Source of the DNA: Candidatus Dojkabacteria bacterium
GTDB lineage: Bacteria > Patescibacteriota > Dojkabacteria > B142 > OLB20
Length of the DNA stretch: 64,000 nt
NCBI GenBank assembly: GCA_030583785.1
Contig: CP129475.1
Location: 95,559-159,558 of the forward strand
Direction of reading: 5' to 3'
Position numbers and translations under genes: made by a program. The notes below the pieces were generated by a model, which made no database searches, was not told the DNA's origin, and saw only the letters and a list, made by a program, of their open reading frames with translations. The stretch's first letter is position 1. Each line of letters opens with the position of its first letter. Positions 37,382 through 47,387 of the stretch are shown piece after piece.

Positions 37382-39979
37382 ATGTCAAGTTCTACACCAA
37401 TGATGGCTCAGTATAATGAGCTGAAGCAAAGGCATTCTGATTGTCTGCTTTTGTTTCGCATGGGTGATTTTTACGAAGGTTTCAATGAAGACGCCAGAAT
37501 ATTGTCAAAAGTGTTAGGAATCACTCTTACGGGAAGGGGGAAGGATGGAAATAGAACACCTATGGCAGGTATCCCATATCATGCGTTAAAGCAATATCTA
37601 CCAAAGCTCATTGAAGCTGGGCATAGGGTAGCCATTGCTGAACAGGCTTCTGAACCAAAACCGGGGCAAATTGTCGAAAGAAAAGTAGTCAGAATAGTAA
37701 CAGCAGGGACAATAATTGAAGATGAAATTCTAAGTTCCTCAGTTAATAACTACCTTGTAGCTTTGTCTAAAAACAAGCTGAAAAACAAATATTATGTTGG
37801 AATATCAATACTTGATTTAAGCACTGGTTTCTTTACCTGCTCAGAATTGGTATCGAACCAAGAAGTCTTGCCTAGAGTTCTGATTGAAGAGTTGTTTCGT
37901 GTCGGCCCCGCAGAAATTGTCATTGCCAAGCAAGATGAACATTTCTTTTCCACGATTAAACAGACATTTAAAGTATATTTGCAAGAAGATCATCTTGGTG
38001 TATCGCAGCCCGAAGCAGAAAGAGCGCTAATTGAATTTTTCAATACAAATTCTTTAAAAGGCTTTGGAATCGAAGATCAAAAAGCGGCGATACATGCCAG
38101 TGCTATGATCTTGAAATATTTAGAATATACCCAAAAGCAAATCCCAGAGCACATTACAAGCTTATCCTCATTTGTAATGGGACAATACATGCACCTTGAT
38201 CAAGCCACTATTAGAAATCTGGAAATTTTATATCCCTTACGAGCCGATGGTAAGGATAAGAATACTCTTTTTGGTTGTATAAATAAGTGTAAAACTAACA
38301 TGGGCCAAAGACTTCTTAGGTATTGGTTGTTAAGACCACTTATCGATGAAGCAGAAATTAATGAGAGACAAGAGTGTGTTCAATTCTTTTATGATGATAG
38401 CGTACTTTTAGCAAAGGTTGTCGACTTAATATCCAATATCCCCGATCTTGATCGAGTGGTTGGAAGAATCGGAAGTAAATCAGCAAATGCAAGAGATCTA
38501 ATCTTTCTTAAGAATGGCCTGATCAATTCAATACAGGCCATAGAACTAATCAGAAAACAGACGAAAAAGCCAAAGCTGTTAGATAAAGAATTTAGTCAAT
38601 TTAACAATCTCAAAGACGATGTTATCAGTTTGATTGAAGCTTCCATAGACGAAGATCCCCCGATGACCATTACAGAAGGGAATATTATTAAGAAAGGATA
38701 TTCAAGCGATCTTGATGAACTTAAGAATTTTGAACAAGATGGAAAAAACTATGTTCGCAATTTGCAAGCCAGAGAAATTGAAAGAACTGGAATTGCCTCG
38801 TTAAAAGTTAGATTTAACAAAGTCTTTGGATATTATATTGAGGTCAGCAAAAGTAATCTTGCAAAGGTGCCTGATAACTATATTCGTAAGCAGACTTTGG
38901 TTGGTGCAGAAAGATATATTACAGAAGAACTTAAGGAGTGGGAGGAAAAAATACTAAATGCCGAATCAAAATCAGCAGAAATGGAATACTCCATATTTGA
39001 AAAGATTAGAAGTGATGTTGTAGACAAAATTGAAATTATTAAAGAGCTATCTTCAGTTGTTGCCTCTATTGATGTTTTCAGTAATTTTGCAACTCTTGCG
39101 GTCTCTAGAAATTATAACCGTCCGTTAGTAAGTAATAATGGAAGCGAAACAATTATTATCAAAGGAAGGCATCCGGTAGTTGAAGAATCATTATCAGTTG
39201 ATTACATATCAAACGATACAAAGTTTGTGCAAGGTAAAGAAGATGTGCTTATTCTTACGGGTCCAAATATGTCGGGTAAGTCTACTTATATCAGACAGGT
39301 GGCAATCATATTTCTTATGTCTCAGATCGGCTCTTTTGTTCCAGCTGATTCTGCTGTGCTACCGATAGTAGATCGTGTTTTCACAAGAGTTGGCGCTTCC
39401 GACAACCTTGCCACCGGTGAATCAACATTCATGGTTGAAATGAACGAAACTGCTAACATCCTAAATAATGCCACGCAAAAGTCCTTGATAATTTTGGATG
39501 AAGTTGGCAGAGGAACAAGCACTTACGATGGAGTAGCAATCGCCTGGTCTATAGTAGAATTCATTGCTACTAAGCTTGGCGCTAGAACCTTGTTTGCTAC
39601 TCACTATCACGAACTAATTCAGCTAGAAGCATCTTTCGAAAATGTTATTAATTACAATGTTTATGTAAAGGAATACGAAGGCAAGATTTTATTTATGAGA
39701 GAAATTCGAAGGGGAGGCACAGATAAAAGTTATGGAATTCATGTAGCAAAGCTTGCAGGCGTTCCACCTGTTGTAATCAATAGAGCCAATGCTATCCTTA
39801 AGAGACTTGAAATAAGATCTCAAAGCAAGACAGGCAATACTCCGGAACAATTAACATTTGCGAGTAATGAAGTTAAGATATCTGATACGGATTCGCTGCT
39901 AGATGGAATTGATATAAACTCTATTACTCCAATTCAAGCATTGAATCTATTAAAAGAACTTAAAGATAAGCGTCGGTGA
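37382..39979 (+). CDS. mutS: DNA mismatch repair protein MutS
   Basis: N-terminal mismatch-binding TPMMAQY..FYEGF, Walker A GPNMSGKST, and the STFMVEM and DEVGRGTSTYDG motifs. 865 aa. Confidence 0.92.
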   Translation: MSSSTPMMAQYNELKQRHSDCLLLFRMGDFYEGFNEDARILSKVLGITLTGRGKDGNRTPMAGIPYHALKQYLPKLIEAGHRVAIAEQASEPKPGQIVERKVVRIVTAGTIIEDEILSSSVNNYLVALSKNKLKNKYYVGISILDLSTGFFTCSELVSNQEVLPRVLIEELFRVGPAEIVIAKQDEHFFSTIKQTFKVYLQEDHLGVSQPEAERALIEFFNTNSLKGFGIEDQKAAIHASAMILKYLEYTQKQIPEHITSLSSFVMGQYMHLDQATIRNLEILYPLRADGKDKNTLFGCINKCKTNMGQRLLRYWLLRPLIDEAEINERQECVQFFYDDSVLLAKVVDLISNIPDLDRVVGRIGSKSANARDLIFLKNGLINSIQAIELIRKQTKKPKLLDKEFSQFNNLKDDVISLIEASIDEDPPMTITEGNIIKKGYSSDLDELKNFEQDGKNYVRNLQAREIERTGIASLKVRFNKVFGYYIEVSKSNLAKVPDNYIRKQTLVGAERYITEELKEWEEKILNAESKSAEMEYSIFEKIRSDVVDKIEIIKELSSVVASIDVFSNFATLAVSRNYNRPLVSNNGSETIIIKGRHPVVEESLSVDYISNDTKFVQGKEDVLILTGPNMSGKSTYIRQVAIIFLMSQIGSFVPADSAVLPIVDRVFTRVGASDNLATGESTFMVEMNETANILNNATQKSLIILDEVGRGTSTYDGVAIAWSIVEFIATKLGARTLFATHYHELIQLEASFENVINYNVYVKEYEGKILFMREIRRGGTDKSYGIHVAKLAGVPPVVINRANAILKRLEIRSQSKTGNTPEQLTFASNEVKISDTDSLLDGIDINSITPIQALNLLKELKDKRR

Positions 39980-42543
39980 ATTATTACATCCCTTTCCAAA
40001 AACACGAAGCCTACCAGAAATTACTTGAAAGAATAAAAAGTATAGATTTTGAACGGATATCCATGCCAATAATCGAGATCAGTGGTATGCCTTTAGCTCT
40101 TCACGATGATTTAATTGGAAATCTGAACAGGGATATAAGACAATCGAATTTCTATGCTGAGAGAGACTCATTAGAGATTCGAAAATACTTTGATTCTATT
40201 CAAAGATTTAATTGTCTAGATACCGAATATTCAGAAATGCTTCAATACTGCATTAATCATAATTTAGAGCATTCAAGAAGAGTGAATCAGCCAGGAGAAT
40301 ATGCTAGGGTTGCTGATATGCTTCAAATCTGGCCTCCAGGGTATGAACATCCTCTTAGAATCAGTTATTTTGATGCAAGTCCTGAATCTGCCTATTTTTT
40401 TGATGAGATTTACGGAAAGCAACTCTCTGCCGTGGATGAATTCTTACTGGGAGACCTCAAATTAATTGAATCTCAAGCTTTGATGTCATCGTTACATATT
40501 GCTTCAGATTATCTAAATGTAGCGAGCAGTCTGCTACTTTTTGGAGGTGATAGTTTAGATAGTTATAATTCAAAAAGCCAAATACAGTTTGACTTCAATT
40601 ATCCTTCTTTGTATTTTCACAGATTTGATTTATTAGAAAAGGATTTAGCCAAGTACCAAAAAGAAGGTTACAAAATACAAATTCTTACAAAACATGCTGA
40701 TCTACTTCCAGAAGGTCTAGGACATTATGTTTCAAATGCAGATAACGAGCTTGATGCCGGTTATATCTCAGAAAGAATTAAGTCTCTAACACTAACCGAC
40801 AGAGAACTATTCGGAACAATCTTTATCAGCAAAAGAACCAAACAAATCTCTAATACACAGGCCAGAAAGCTACTAGCAGAGCTTGAGGGAGAAATTGAGA
40901 TCGGAAATTTTGTTGTGCATGAGGATCATGGAATAGGAGTTTACAAAGGCATCAAGCAAGAGGAATTTAAACAAAGAATACCTCTTGGTTTCAATGAATT
41001 TAAAGTTACAACAATTTACGAAGACTATTTACTAATTGCCTATGCTGAAGGCGATGAACTTTATGTTCCACTGAGTCAAATAGATAAGATAACCAAATAT
41101 ATTGGACCTGATGAGCAGACTCCGAGAGTAACAAGACTAGGTAAAACAGATTGGCATACAATAACTAAGAAGGTAAAAGCATCTTTGATCATTCTTGCCA
41201 GAGAGTTGGTCCAACATTATGCTCTTCGAAGTATAACCAAGACAGAAGCGGTTTCAACTGATGCTAGCAAGGGGTTTATTCAGTTTATGGAGGATTTCCC
41301 ATATCAGGAGACAGATGATCAGAAAAGAACTGAGAAAGAGATATATAAAGATTTAGAAAGCGGCATGCCAATGAATCGACTTTTAGTAGGGGATGTCGGG
41401 TTTGGAAAAACAGAAATGGCGATGAGAGCTGCATATAAGATTGCCGAATCTGGTAAACAGGTAGTCGTTTTGTGTCCAACAACAGTACTTGCAGCTCAAC
41501 ATCAAAAAGTTTTCACTGAAAGGTTCTCTGGAACCGGCTTTAAGATTGCCTCCCTATCAAGGTTCTCGGCTAAGAATTCTCAAGAGATCATTGACAATGT
41601 GGAGCAAGGAAAAATTGACATTCTCGTTGGAACACATCGACTACTTACCGGTAGAGTAAAGTTTAAAAACCTCGGTTTATTAATCATTGATGAAGAGCAA
41701 AAGTTTGGAGTGAAGCAAAAAGAGAAGCTTAAGCAGATGCAAATTGGAGTTCATGTTCTTTCGATGAGTGCTACGCCAATTCCTAGAACATTAAGCATGG
41801 CCTTATCCAGCATTCAAGACATTTCGCTTATCCAAACTCCACCAGAAGGACGAAAGGGAGTTAATACATTTGTTGCTAAGCTTGATTATCAAAAGATATC
41901 TGAGGCAATCAATAACGAAGTCAACAGAGGAGGACAAGTCTACTATCTTTACAATCGAGTTCGCACGATTAATTCTATTTTTGCTAAACTTTCAAAATTA
42001 ATGCCCAAGGTTCGATTTGCAATAGCGCATGGGCAGATGACAAGCACTTCGTTAGAGAAAACTATTAATGATTTCTATAATTACAGGTACGATGTACTTA
42101 TCTGTACTACAATCATTGAAAACGGGATTGATATGCAAAATGTTAATACAATAATCATTGAGCAAGCTCAAAATTTTGGACTCGGTCAGCTCTATCAGCT
42201 TAGAGGTCGTGTAGGAAGAGGAGATAAACAAGCATATGCGTATTTGTTTTACGAAGGAGAGGATATAAACAAGAAAGATAAGGTAGAAGATGAAGAAATC
42301 CTTGGAGAGAAATTACTAAAGCAAAAACGCCAACATCAAAAATATAAAGAGCGGTTGAAATCTATTGTTGATTTTCAAAATCTAGGCTCAGGTTTTAACT
42401 TAGCCAGCAGAGATCTAGAGATTCGGGGAGCTGGTAACCTCCTTGGTAAAGAGCAGCATGGAAATATTTCTCAGATTGGTTATGGTCTTTACATGCAACT
42501 GCTTGCTCAAGAAATAGAAAAGTTGAAGAATAATGAAGTATAA
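39976..42543 (+). CDS. mfd: transcription-repair coupling factor Mfd (N-terminally divergent/short)
   Basis: RNAP-interacting domain GNFVVHEDHGIGVYKG, SF2 helicase motifs (GDVGFGKTEMAMRAA, DEEQKFG, SATPIPRTL), the TRG motif region and QLRGRVGRG. The first 300 aa or so do not resemble the UvrB-homology module. GTG start overlapping the mutS stop. Confidence 0.8.
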   Translation: MNYYIPFQKHEAYQKLLERIKSIDFERISMPIIEISGMPLALHDDLIGNLNRDIRQSNFYAERDSLEIRKYFDSIQRFNCLDTEYSEMLQYCINHNLEHSRRVNQPGEYARVADMLQIWPPGYEHPLRISYFDASPESAYFFDEIYGKQLSAVDEFLLGDLKLIESQALMSSLHIASDYLNVASSLLLFGGDSLDSYNSKSQIQFDFNYPSLYFHRFDLLEKDLAKYQKEGYKIQILTKHADLLPEGLGHYVSNADNELDAGYISERIKSLTLTDRELFGTIFISKRTKQISNTQARKLLAELEGEIEIGNFVVHEDHGIGVYKGIKQEEFKQRIPLGFNEFKVTTIYEDYLLIAYAEGDELYVPLSQIDKITKYIGPDEQTPRVTRLGKTDWHTITKKVKASLIILARELVQHYALRSITKTEAVSTDASKGFIQFMEDFPYQETDDQKRTEKEIYKDLESGMPMNRLLVGDVGFGKTEMAMRAAYKIAESGKQVVVLCPTTVLAAQHQKVFTERFSGTGFKIASLSRFSAKNSQEIIDNVEQGKIDILVGTHRLLTGRVKFKNLGLLIIDEEQKFGVKQKEKLKQMQIGVHVLSMSATPIPRTLSMALSSIQDISLIQTPPEGRKGVNTFVAKLDYQKISEAINNEVNRGGQVYYLYNRVRTINSIFAKLSKLMPKVRFAIAHGQMTSTSLEKTINDFYNYRYDVLICTTIIENGIDMQNVNTIIIEQAQNFGLGQLYQLRGRVGRGDKQAYAYLFYEGEDINKKDKVEDEEILGEKLLKQKRQHQKYKERLKSIVDFQNLGSGFNLASRDLEIRGAGNLLGKEQHGNISQIGYGLYMQLLAQEIEKLKNNEV

Positions 42544-43223
42544 TGAATCGCATGAATAGTTATATTAACTGGAACGAAGTTCAGATTGATCCTACAAGTG
42601 ACGCAGAGATTAATGCGTTATATGATCAAGGATATGTTTTTGTGCGTATTGGAAAAAACATACTTCAGCAAACTAGATCGGTTAGGATTAAACTTGCCGA
42701 TTTCACTTTAAGTAGCGAAAACAGAAGAGTCTTAAGAAAAGTTGAAAACCTATCATTAGAACTAATTAAGCTACCAATATCACCCGATAATTACGACTGG
42801 CATATTCATAAACTGGGAAAAGACTTCTATAATAATAAATTCGGTCCGGGTATATTTACAGCCTCGAGAATTAAAACGATACTAACCACCCAAGAACTTA
42901 ATTTTAACTTTCTTCTGAAATACTCGATAATAGATCAAAACTGTGGTTATGCAATTGCTTACTCTAATAGTAGTATCATGCACTACGCCTATCCATTTTA
43001 TGATTTTGAGACATATCCAAGTAACTTAGGTATGGCGATGATGATTCAGGCAATACTACATGCTCAAAACGAAGGACGAGAGTATATCTATCTAGGCTCT
43101 GTAAGAAAAGCTTCAGATATCTACAAGCTTCAGTTCAAGGGAGTAGAGTATTATCAAAAAGATCAATGGAGTAACGACATTGCTGCACTCAAGCAAGAAG
43201 TGTTTGAAACCCCGAGTATCTAG
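42543..43223 (+). CDS. Ate1/Bpt-family aminoacyl-tRNA--protein transferase-like protein
   Basis: FTLSSENRRVLRK resembles the ATE_N SRSQRRxLRR segment. YAIAYSNSSIMHYAYPFYDFE...SNLGMAMMIQAILHAQNEGREYIYLGSV resembles ATE_C (AVY.FYDP..SLG...I..A...G..Y.YLGY). The N-terminal Cys cluster is absent. Confidence 0.45.
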   Translation: MNRMNSYINWNEVQIDPTSDAEINALYDQGYVFVRIGKNILQQTRSVRIKLADFTLSSENRRVLRKVENLSLELIKLPISPDNYDWHIHKLGKDFYNNKFGPGIFTASRIKTILTTQELNFNFLLKYSIIDQNCGYAIAYSNSSIMHYAYPFYDFETYPSNLGMAMMIQAILHAQNEGREYIYLGSVRKASDIYKLQFKGVEYYQKDQWSNDIAALKQEVFETPSI

Positions 43224-43290
43224 TTTAAATTCAGAAATATTTAACCAGCGCAAAGTATAGTTTATTAATTAATTTATTATTTTTAATTTA

Positions 43291-43608
43291 ATGAACTTAC
43301 AACAACTATTCCTTCTTGGTAGATCAACCCGAGATGCAGAGGTTCTAGAGAGTAAAGAAGGCAAGTCATATGCAAAGTTCTCGTTAGCAGTCAATGAATT
43401 CAGACAAACAGGTGCAGAACGAGAAACTTATACTCAGTATTACAATGTATTGGTATTTGGCAAACGATCAGGCCGTGCAGAAGCTATTAAAAAAGGCGAT
43501 TTGGTAATGGTAGATGGAAGACCAGATGTTGATGCGTATCTAAGCAACGATGGTGAGCCTAAAGCAAGCTTAATAGTATTTGCAGATAGATTTAGAATAA
43601 TGAAGTAA
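43291..43608 (+). CDS. ssb: single-stranded DNA-binding protein (short, no acidic C-terminal tail)
   Basis: 105-aa OB-fold pattern LLGRSTRDAEV....AKFSLAVNE......TYTQYYNVLVFGKRSGRAEAIKKGDLVMVDGRPDVDAY typical of bacterial SSB. It ends at RFRIMK with no DDDIPF-type tail. Confidence 0.6.
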   Translation: MNLQQLFLLGRSTRDAEVLESKEGKSYAKFSLAVNEFRQTGAERETYTQYYNVLVFGKRSGRAEAIKKGDLVMVDGRPDVDAYLSNDGEPKASLIVFADRFRIMK

Positions 43609-43640
43609 AAAAATAAGGCGCCCCTCTTTCGAGGGGCGCC
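43608..43640 (-). terminator. intrinsic terminator of the giant GLUG-repeat gene (also a hairpin after ssb)
   Basis: Minus strand: GGCGCCCCTC-gaaa-GAGGGGCGCC followed by TTATTTTTT. It starts 21 nt after the stop at 43661. Confidence 0.7.
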
Positions 43641-43660
43641 CATCAATAATTAACAAAATC

Positions 43661-46600
43661 TTATTTGTTATGTCTACCGCCAAATCCTGTCACTGGAGCA
43701 CCCAAATCACTAATACCATATCCTACAGGGTCAACAATGATTCCGTTCAATTCGTCATCTAAGTCAAGGCTACTGCCATCAGTAATACTGTATGTAACAA
43801 CATTAACAGGTTGACCATCTATTGTAGCTTGGCTAAAAGTTGCTTCAGATATTGTGGTAAAGCTATTATTATTTGTATTGTGCTTTCTCAGAACAAAATC
43901 GCTTCCAAGTTCCCCATAATGGTAAATCTTAATCTCCGCTGTGAATCCTGGAGTTCCACAGTCAATCGTAAAGTTCAAGAGCCCTGCTGGGTAGCTATAA
44001 CCGGAGTCACTTACTGATAATGAAGCTTCAGCTTGTGCAGTAACTGAGCTGATAGTGCATGTATTAGGTGCTTCCAACACACTATAAGCTGAAGACACTT
44101 CATTATAGAAGGAAGAAACATGTTCCTGTTCAGAATCTGGAGTGCCGTCATTATTTGCATCGCCACTATTTGGACCGTCGTTCTCAACTTGATCTAAAAT
44201 GCCATCGTTATCTGAATCTTGTGGTATTGCCCAAATAAAGAATGGATAACTATCGTTATATGCAGCATTTATTGCCCAGATATCTTCAAAGTCCCAACTA
44301 TTTGCGCCAAGTTCTGTCGTAAAGGTGGCTAGAGCTTTCATTTCTGTAGTGTTTTTTGCAACAGCATCACTTTCACAGTCAGTGTTGCCGCAGGCATCGG
44401 TTACATCTGCTGTTTGAATATCCCAGAAAGAGAACTCAATAACCTCATCTTCGTAACCACCAAAATATCCAGCGAAACCACCGAAGTCACTATCTCCGGT
44501 AACATTTCCAGTAGCGTATGATCGGGATACTGTTCCATCATCATCATTAAAACCGACTAAACCTCTGGCATGACTGTAAGAAGAGTCTTCGGCATATACA
44601 TTACCAGTTGCAAACGAGAGATCTACTAGTTTTTCGTTATAACCAACAAGACCTCCAACTATTTCTTCTCCGTAAACATCTGCTGACGATGAAGAATTCA
44701 ACACTGTACTACTATTATTACTGAAACTGCCTTGAATGAATCTTGTATTCCATTCTCGTAAATATGAAACATTAACTGGTGTGAATGGATATGTTTCAGG
44801 TGAGGTATAAGGATACTTTGACATACCTTTGAATGGCAATGGTTCAACAGTTTGTCCGTACGAACCGCTTTTCGCATGTTTATAAATTATCCAATTATAG
44901 AATATAAAACTTCGTTCTTTTCCATCTTCTACTGGGTTATACTCAAACTCCATATCAATTACATCTCCGTGGTGCATGATCACAAATTGATCGTTTGTAC
45001 TTGAAAGAAGTTGGGCTACATCTCCATATTTTGTAAACCATCCGAATTGAGGCGCGTATGGCTCAAGGGGTTGGTCAGACACATTGTTGTAATTATGATC
45101 CCAGTAGTATTCTCTGTTAACTTCAGAATAGCCACGGAAGCCAAGATTTGCAGTTTCTGGATGCAGTTCAGTCATCTCATAGGTTACAGGTGCAGAAGTA
45201 TCTACTGCAAAGTAATTAATTCTAGTTCGATCGTAACCTATGCGAACTTCGTAATTATCGCTCACAAATTTACCCGTAAGATCTATGGCTTGCAATCGCG
45301 GGGAACCTCCAAGCGAGGATATTTGAGATGAAGTATAGGCGTTAACCCATTCTCCAACAGAATTTTTAACTTGAACTAGTCTTAAGCTATCTGCATCTAG
45401 TGTGTAATCTATTGCACCTCTGAGGATCAACATTATTCTCGAAGCACCAGACAAGTCACCGAAATCTAGGTCCCAATAGTTAATGTTACTGTCATGTTTA
45501 TAGCTCCATTTATCATCATCACTTGCGAGATCATCTAAACAGTTATTTCCATATTTGTCTGTACAGGCTTGTAATGGATGAGATGGATTATCGGCAATAG
45601 AGATGAAGTTACCCTCGTTGTTTCTGATAGGTGTGGTTACGATGTTGTAACCCGGCTCATGATCGAAAGTTATAAGTTTAGCCTCATCGTAAAATGGAAT
45701 CTCGTTATATTCCTGTGCCATTTTTAGAGAATATTTCCCATCCTTTGGTTGAAGTTTAGATGAGTCAACTTGAACATAATCATCTCCTACAACATTTCTA
45801 GGCATTCCTCTGCCGACATCATGCATATATGTATAATCGCTTCCGTCCCATGTGTATAGAAGTACACTTGATGAGCCTGTACCTAGTGGTTCTGCGTGTT
45901 CTCCAACTAGTCCTCCAATATTATAATATCCTCTAATTTCTCCTGAAGAATGGACATTGTTCATTGTGCCACCAAGATATCCAACTGCGGCACCAACAGA
46001 ATCGTCTCCAACGATATTTACATTATCCAAAGTGAAATTTTGTAATTCTCCACCGTCTCCTAATACGCCGAACAATCCAATATAATCTGCACCGGGTCTA
46101 TTTATGGTGAGGTCCGAAATTGTATAGCCGTTTCCAAAAAACTTACCAAAAAATTGATCACTATTATTTCCGATAGGCTCAAAACCTGCACCAGCATTCC
46201 ACTCAAATGTTTCTGAACAATCGATGTCATTCAAAAGATAGACATTATCTTCGAGGTGTCCGTCTGAGATCGCTTGTAATTCTTCGCAGTCAGTTACATT
46301 GTATGTAGCAGGTGTATTCTTTACAGCAATTATTGTATAAGAGCCTCCTATGGTTACAGGGTCGCCATTATCATCATCTGCTGCATAGATCGCTAGATAT
46401 TTACCCTCTGCAGGATTCGGGATTGTATAGCTACCGTTTGTGACCAAAGTCCCCAAGTCCCATTCGCCTGGATCATCTGTAGGTAGGTCCGGAGTAGAAC
46501 AGTCATAGATTGAACAATCAGATACGAATATCTTGTAATGATCCCAATTCATATCCGTTACCGAGTCTGTTTCGTAAAGTTTCAGTGAAAGTGTATTCCC

Positions 46601-47296
46601 TGTATATATTTGCAAGTTAGACTGGGTTCCGCCAGGTGTGTTTAAAATACTTGTTCCAGATAATTCAACATCAATTTTGTTATAAGGATTTGATGAGCCG
46701 GCAAACAAAAGATATTGTCCATCACATGAAGTCCAGATAGCTTCGATTGGATTAGAATCAGCATAAGTGTCTGTATAACATAGTGACCAGCCATCTAAAT
46801 CATCAAAATCCACATTAAGTTGAGGACCTGAAGGATAGTAAGCAGGCAGAGTATTTGCATGATAAATATAGCGAGAGTGATCGGTGCTGTAATTTAAACC
46901 GTCCTCTTCGCCAAGCCTATATCCGCTATCAAGATACAAATCAGAACCAAATGTATATACATGCCAAGATAATCTGTATTCAGGATTGGTATTATTTACA
47001 TCTGCTGAATATAGTAAAACTGTGTCCCCAGCTTGAGCAAAACCAATCGATCCATAAGTTGTTTTATAGTACCATTCAGATCCGTTATGGTTTTTTGTAT
47101 TGTTATCTGTAGTTGTCTGCAAAATTACACTTCTTTCTCCTGCAGCTAGAAGCTTGATAACATTTTCGGGTTCAGGTGGTGGTGCAGCCTCTGCGACTTC
47201 TGGTGTAACAAAACTGAAAGGTATCTGTGCGAGTAGGAGACTTGTTGTTACTAATATGGATAAATAAAAATTAACTCTCTTGAAGAGAATCTTCAT
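43661..47296 (-). CDS. giant secreted surface protein (1211 aa) with GLUG-motif repeats and TSP3-like Ca-binding repeats
   Basis: Signal peptide MKILFKRVNFYLSILVTTSLLLAQ...AEAA. Two blocks of G-L-x-G repeats (IGLFGVLGDG, IGGLVGEH, VGGLVGYN, ARGLVGFND, FGGFAGYFGG). C-terminal DSDNDGILDQVENDGPNSGDANNDGTPD aspartate-rich repeats. Confidence 0.65.
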   Translation of the reverse strand: MKILFKRVNFYLSILVTTSLLLAQIPFSFVTPEVAEAAPPPEPENVIKLLAAGERSVILQTTTDNNTKNHNGSEWYYKTTYGSIGFAQAGDTVLLYSADVNNTNPEYRLSWHVYTFGSDLYLDSGYRLGEEDGLNYSTDHSRYIYHANTLPAYYPSGPQLNVDFDDLDGWSLCYTDTYADSNPIEAIWTSCDGQYLLFAGSSNPYNKIDVELSGTSILNTPGGTQSNLQIYTGNTLSLKLYETDSVTDMNWDHYKIFVSDCSIYDCSTPDLPTDDPGEWDLGTLVTNGSYTIPNPAEGKYLAIYAADDDNGDPVTIGGSYTIIAVKNTPATYNVTDCEELQAISDGHLEDNVYLLNDIDCSETFEWNAGAGFEPIGNNSDQFFGKFFGNGYTISDLTINRPGADYIGLFGVLGDGGELQNFTLDNVNIVGDDSVGAAVGYLGGTMNNVHSSGEIRGYYNIGGLVGEHAEPLGTGSSSVLLYTWDGSDYTYMHDVGRGMPRNVVGDDYVQVDSSKLQPKDGKYSLKMAQEYNEIPFYDEAKLITFDHEPGYNIVTTPIRNNEGNFISIADNPSHPLQACTDKYGNNCLDDLASDDDKWSYKHDSNINYWDLDFGDLSGASRIMLILRGAIDYTLDADSLRLVQVKNSVGEWVNAYTSSQISSLGGSPRLQAIDLTGKFVSDNYEVRIGYDRTRINYFAVDTSAPVTYEMTELHPETANLGFRGYSEVNREYYWDHNYNNVSDQPLEPYAPQFGWFTKYGDVAQLLSSTNDQFVIMHHGDVIDMEFEYNPVEDGKERSFIFYNWIIYKHAKSGSYGQTVEPLPFKGMSKYPYTSPETYPFTPVNVSYLREWNTRFIQGSFSNNSSTVLNSSSSADVYGEEIVGGLVGYNEKLVDLSFATGNVYAEDSSYSHARGLVGFNDDDGTVSRSYATGNVTGDSDFGGFAGYFGGYEDEVIEFSFWDIQTADVTDACGNTDCESDAVAKNTTEMKALATFTTELGANSWDFEDIWAINAAYNDSYPFFIWAIPQDSDNDGILDQVENDGPNSGDANNDGTPDSEQEHVSSFYNEVSSAYSVLEAPNTCTISSVTAQAEASLSVSDSGYSYPAGLLNFTIDCGTPGFTAEIKIYHYGELGSDFVLRKHNTNNNSFTTISEATFSQATIDGQPVNVVTYSITDGSSLDLDDELNGIIVDPVGYGISDLGAPVTGFGGRHNK

Positions 47297-47387
47297 AAAT
47301 GTAGTATTAACAAATTATTCTGAAACTAAATACAATTTACAAAATATTTGTTAAGAAATATACAAGAAAATTAATTTTTACTTCCAA

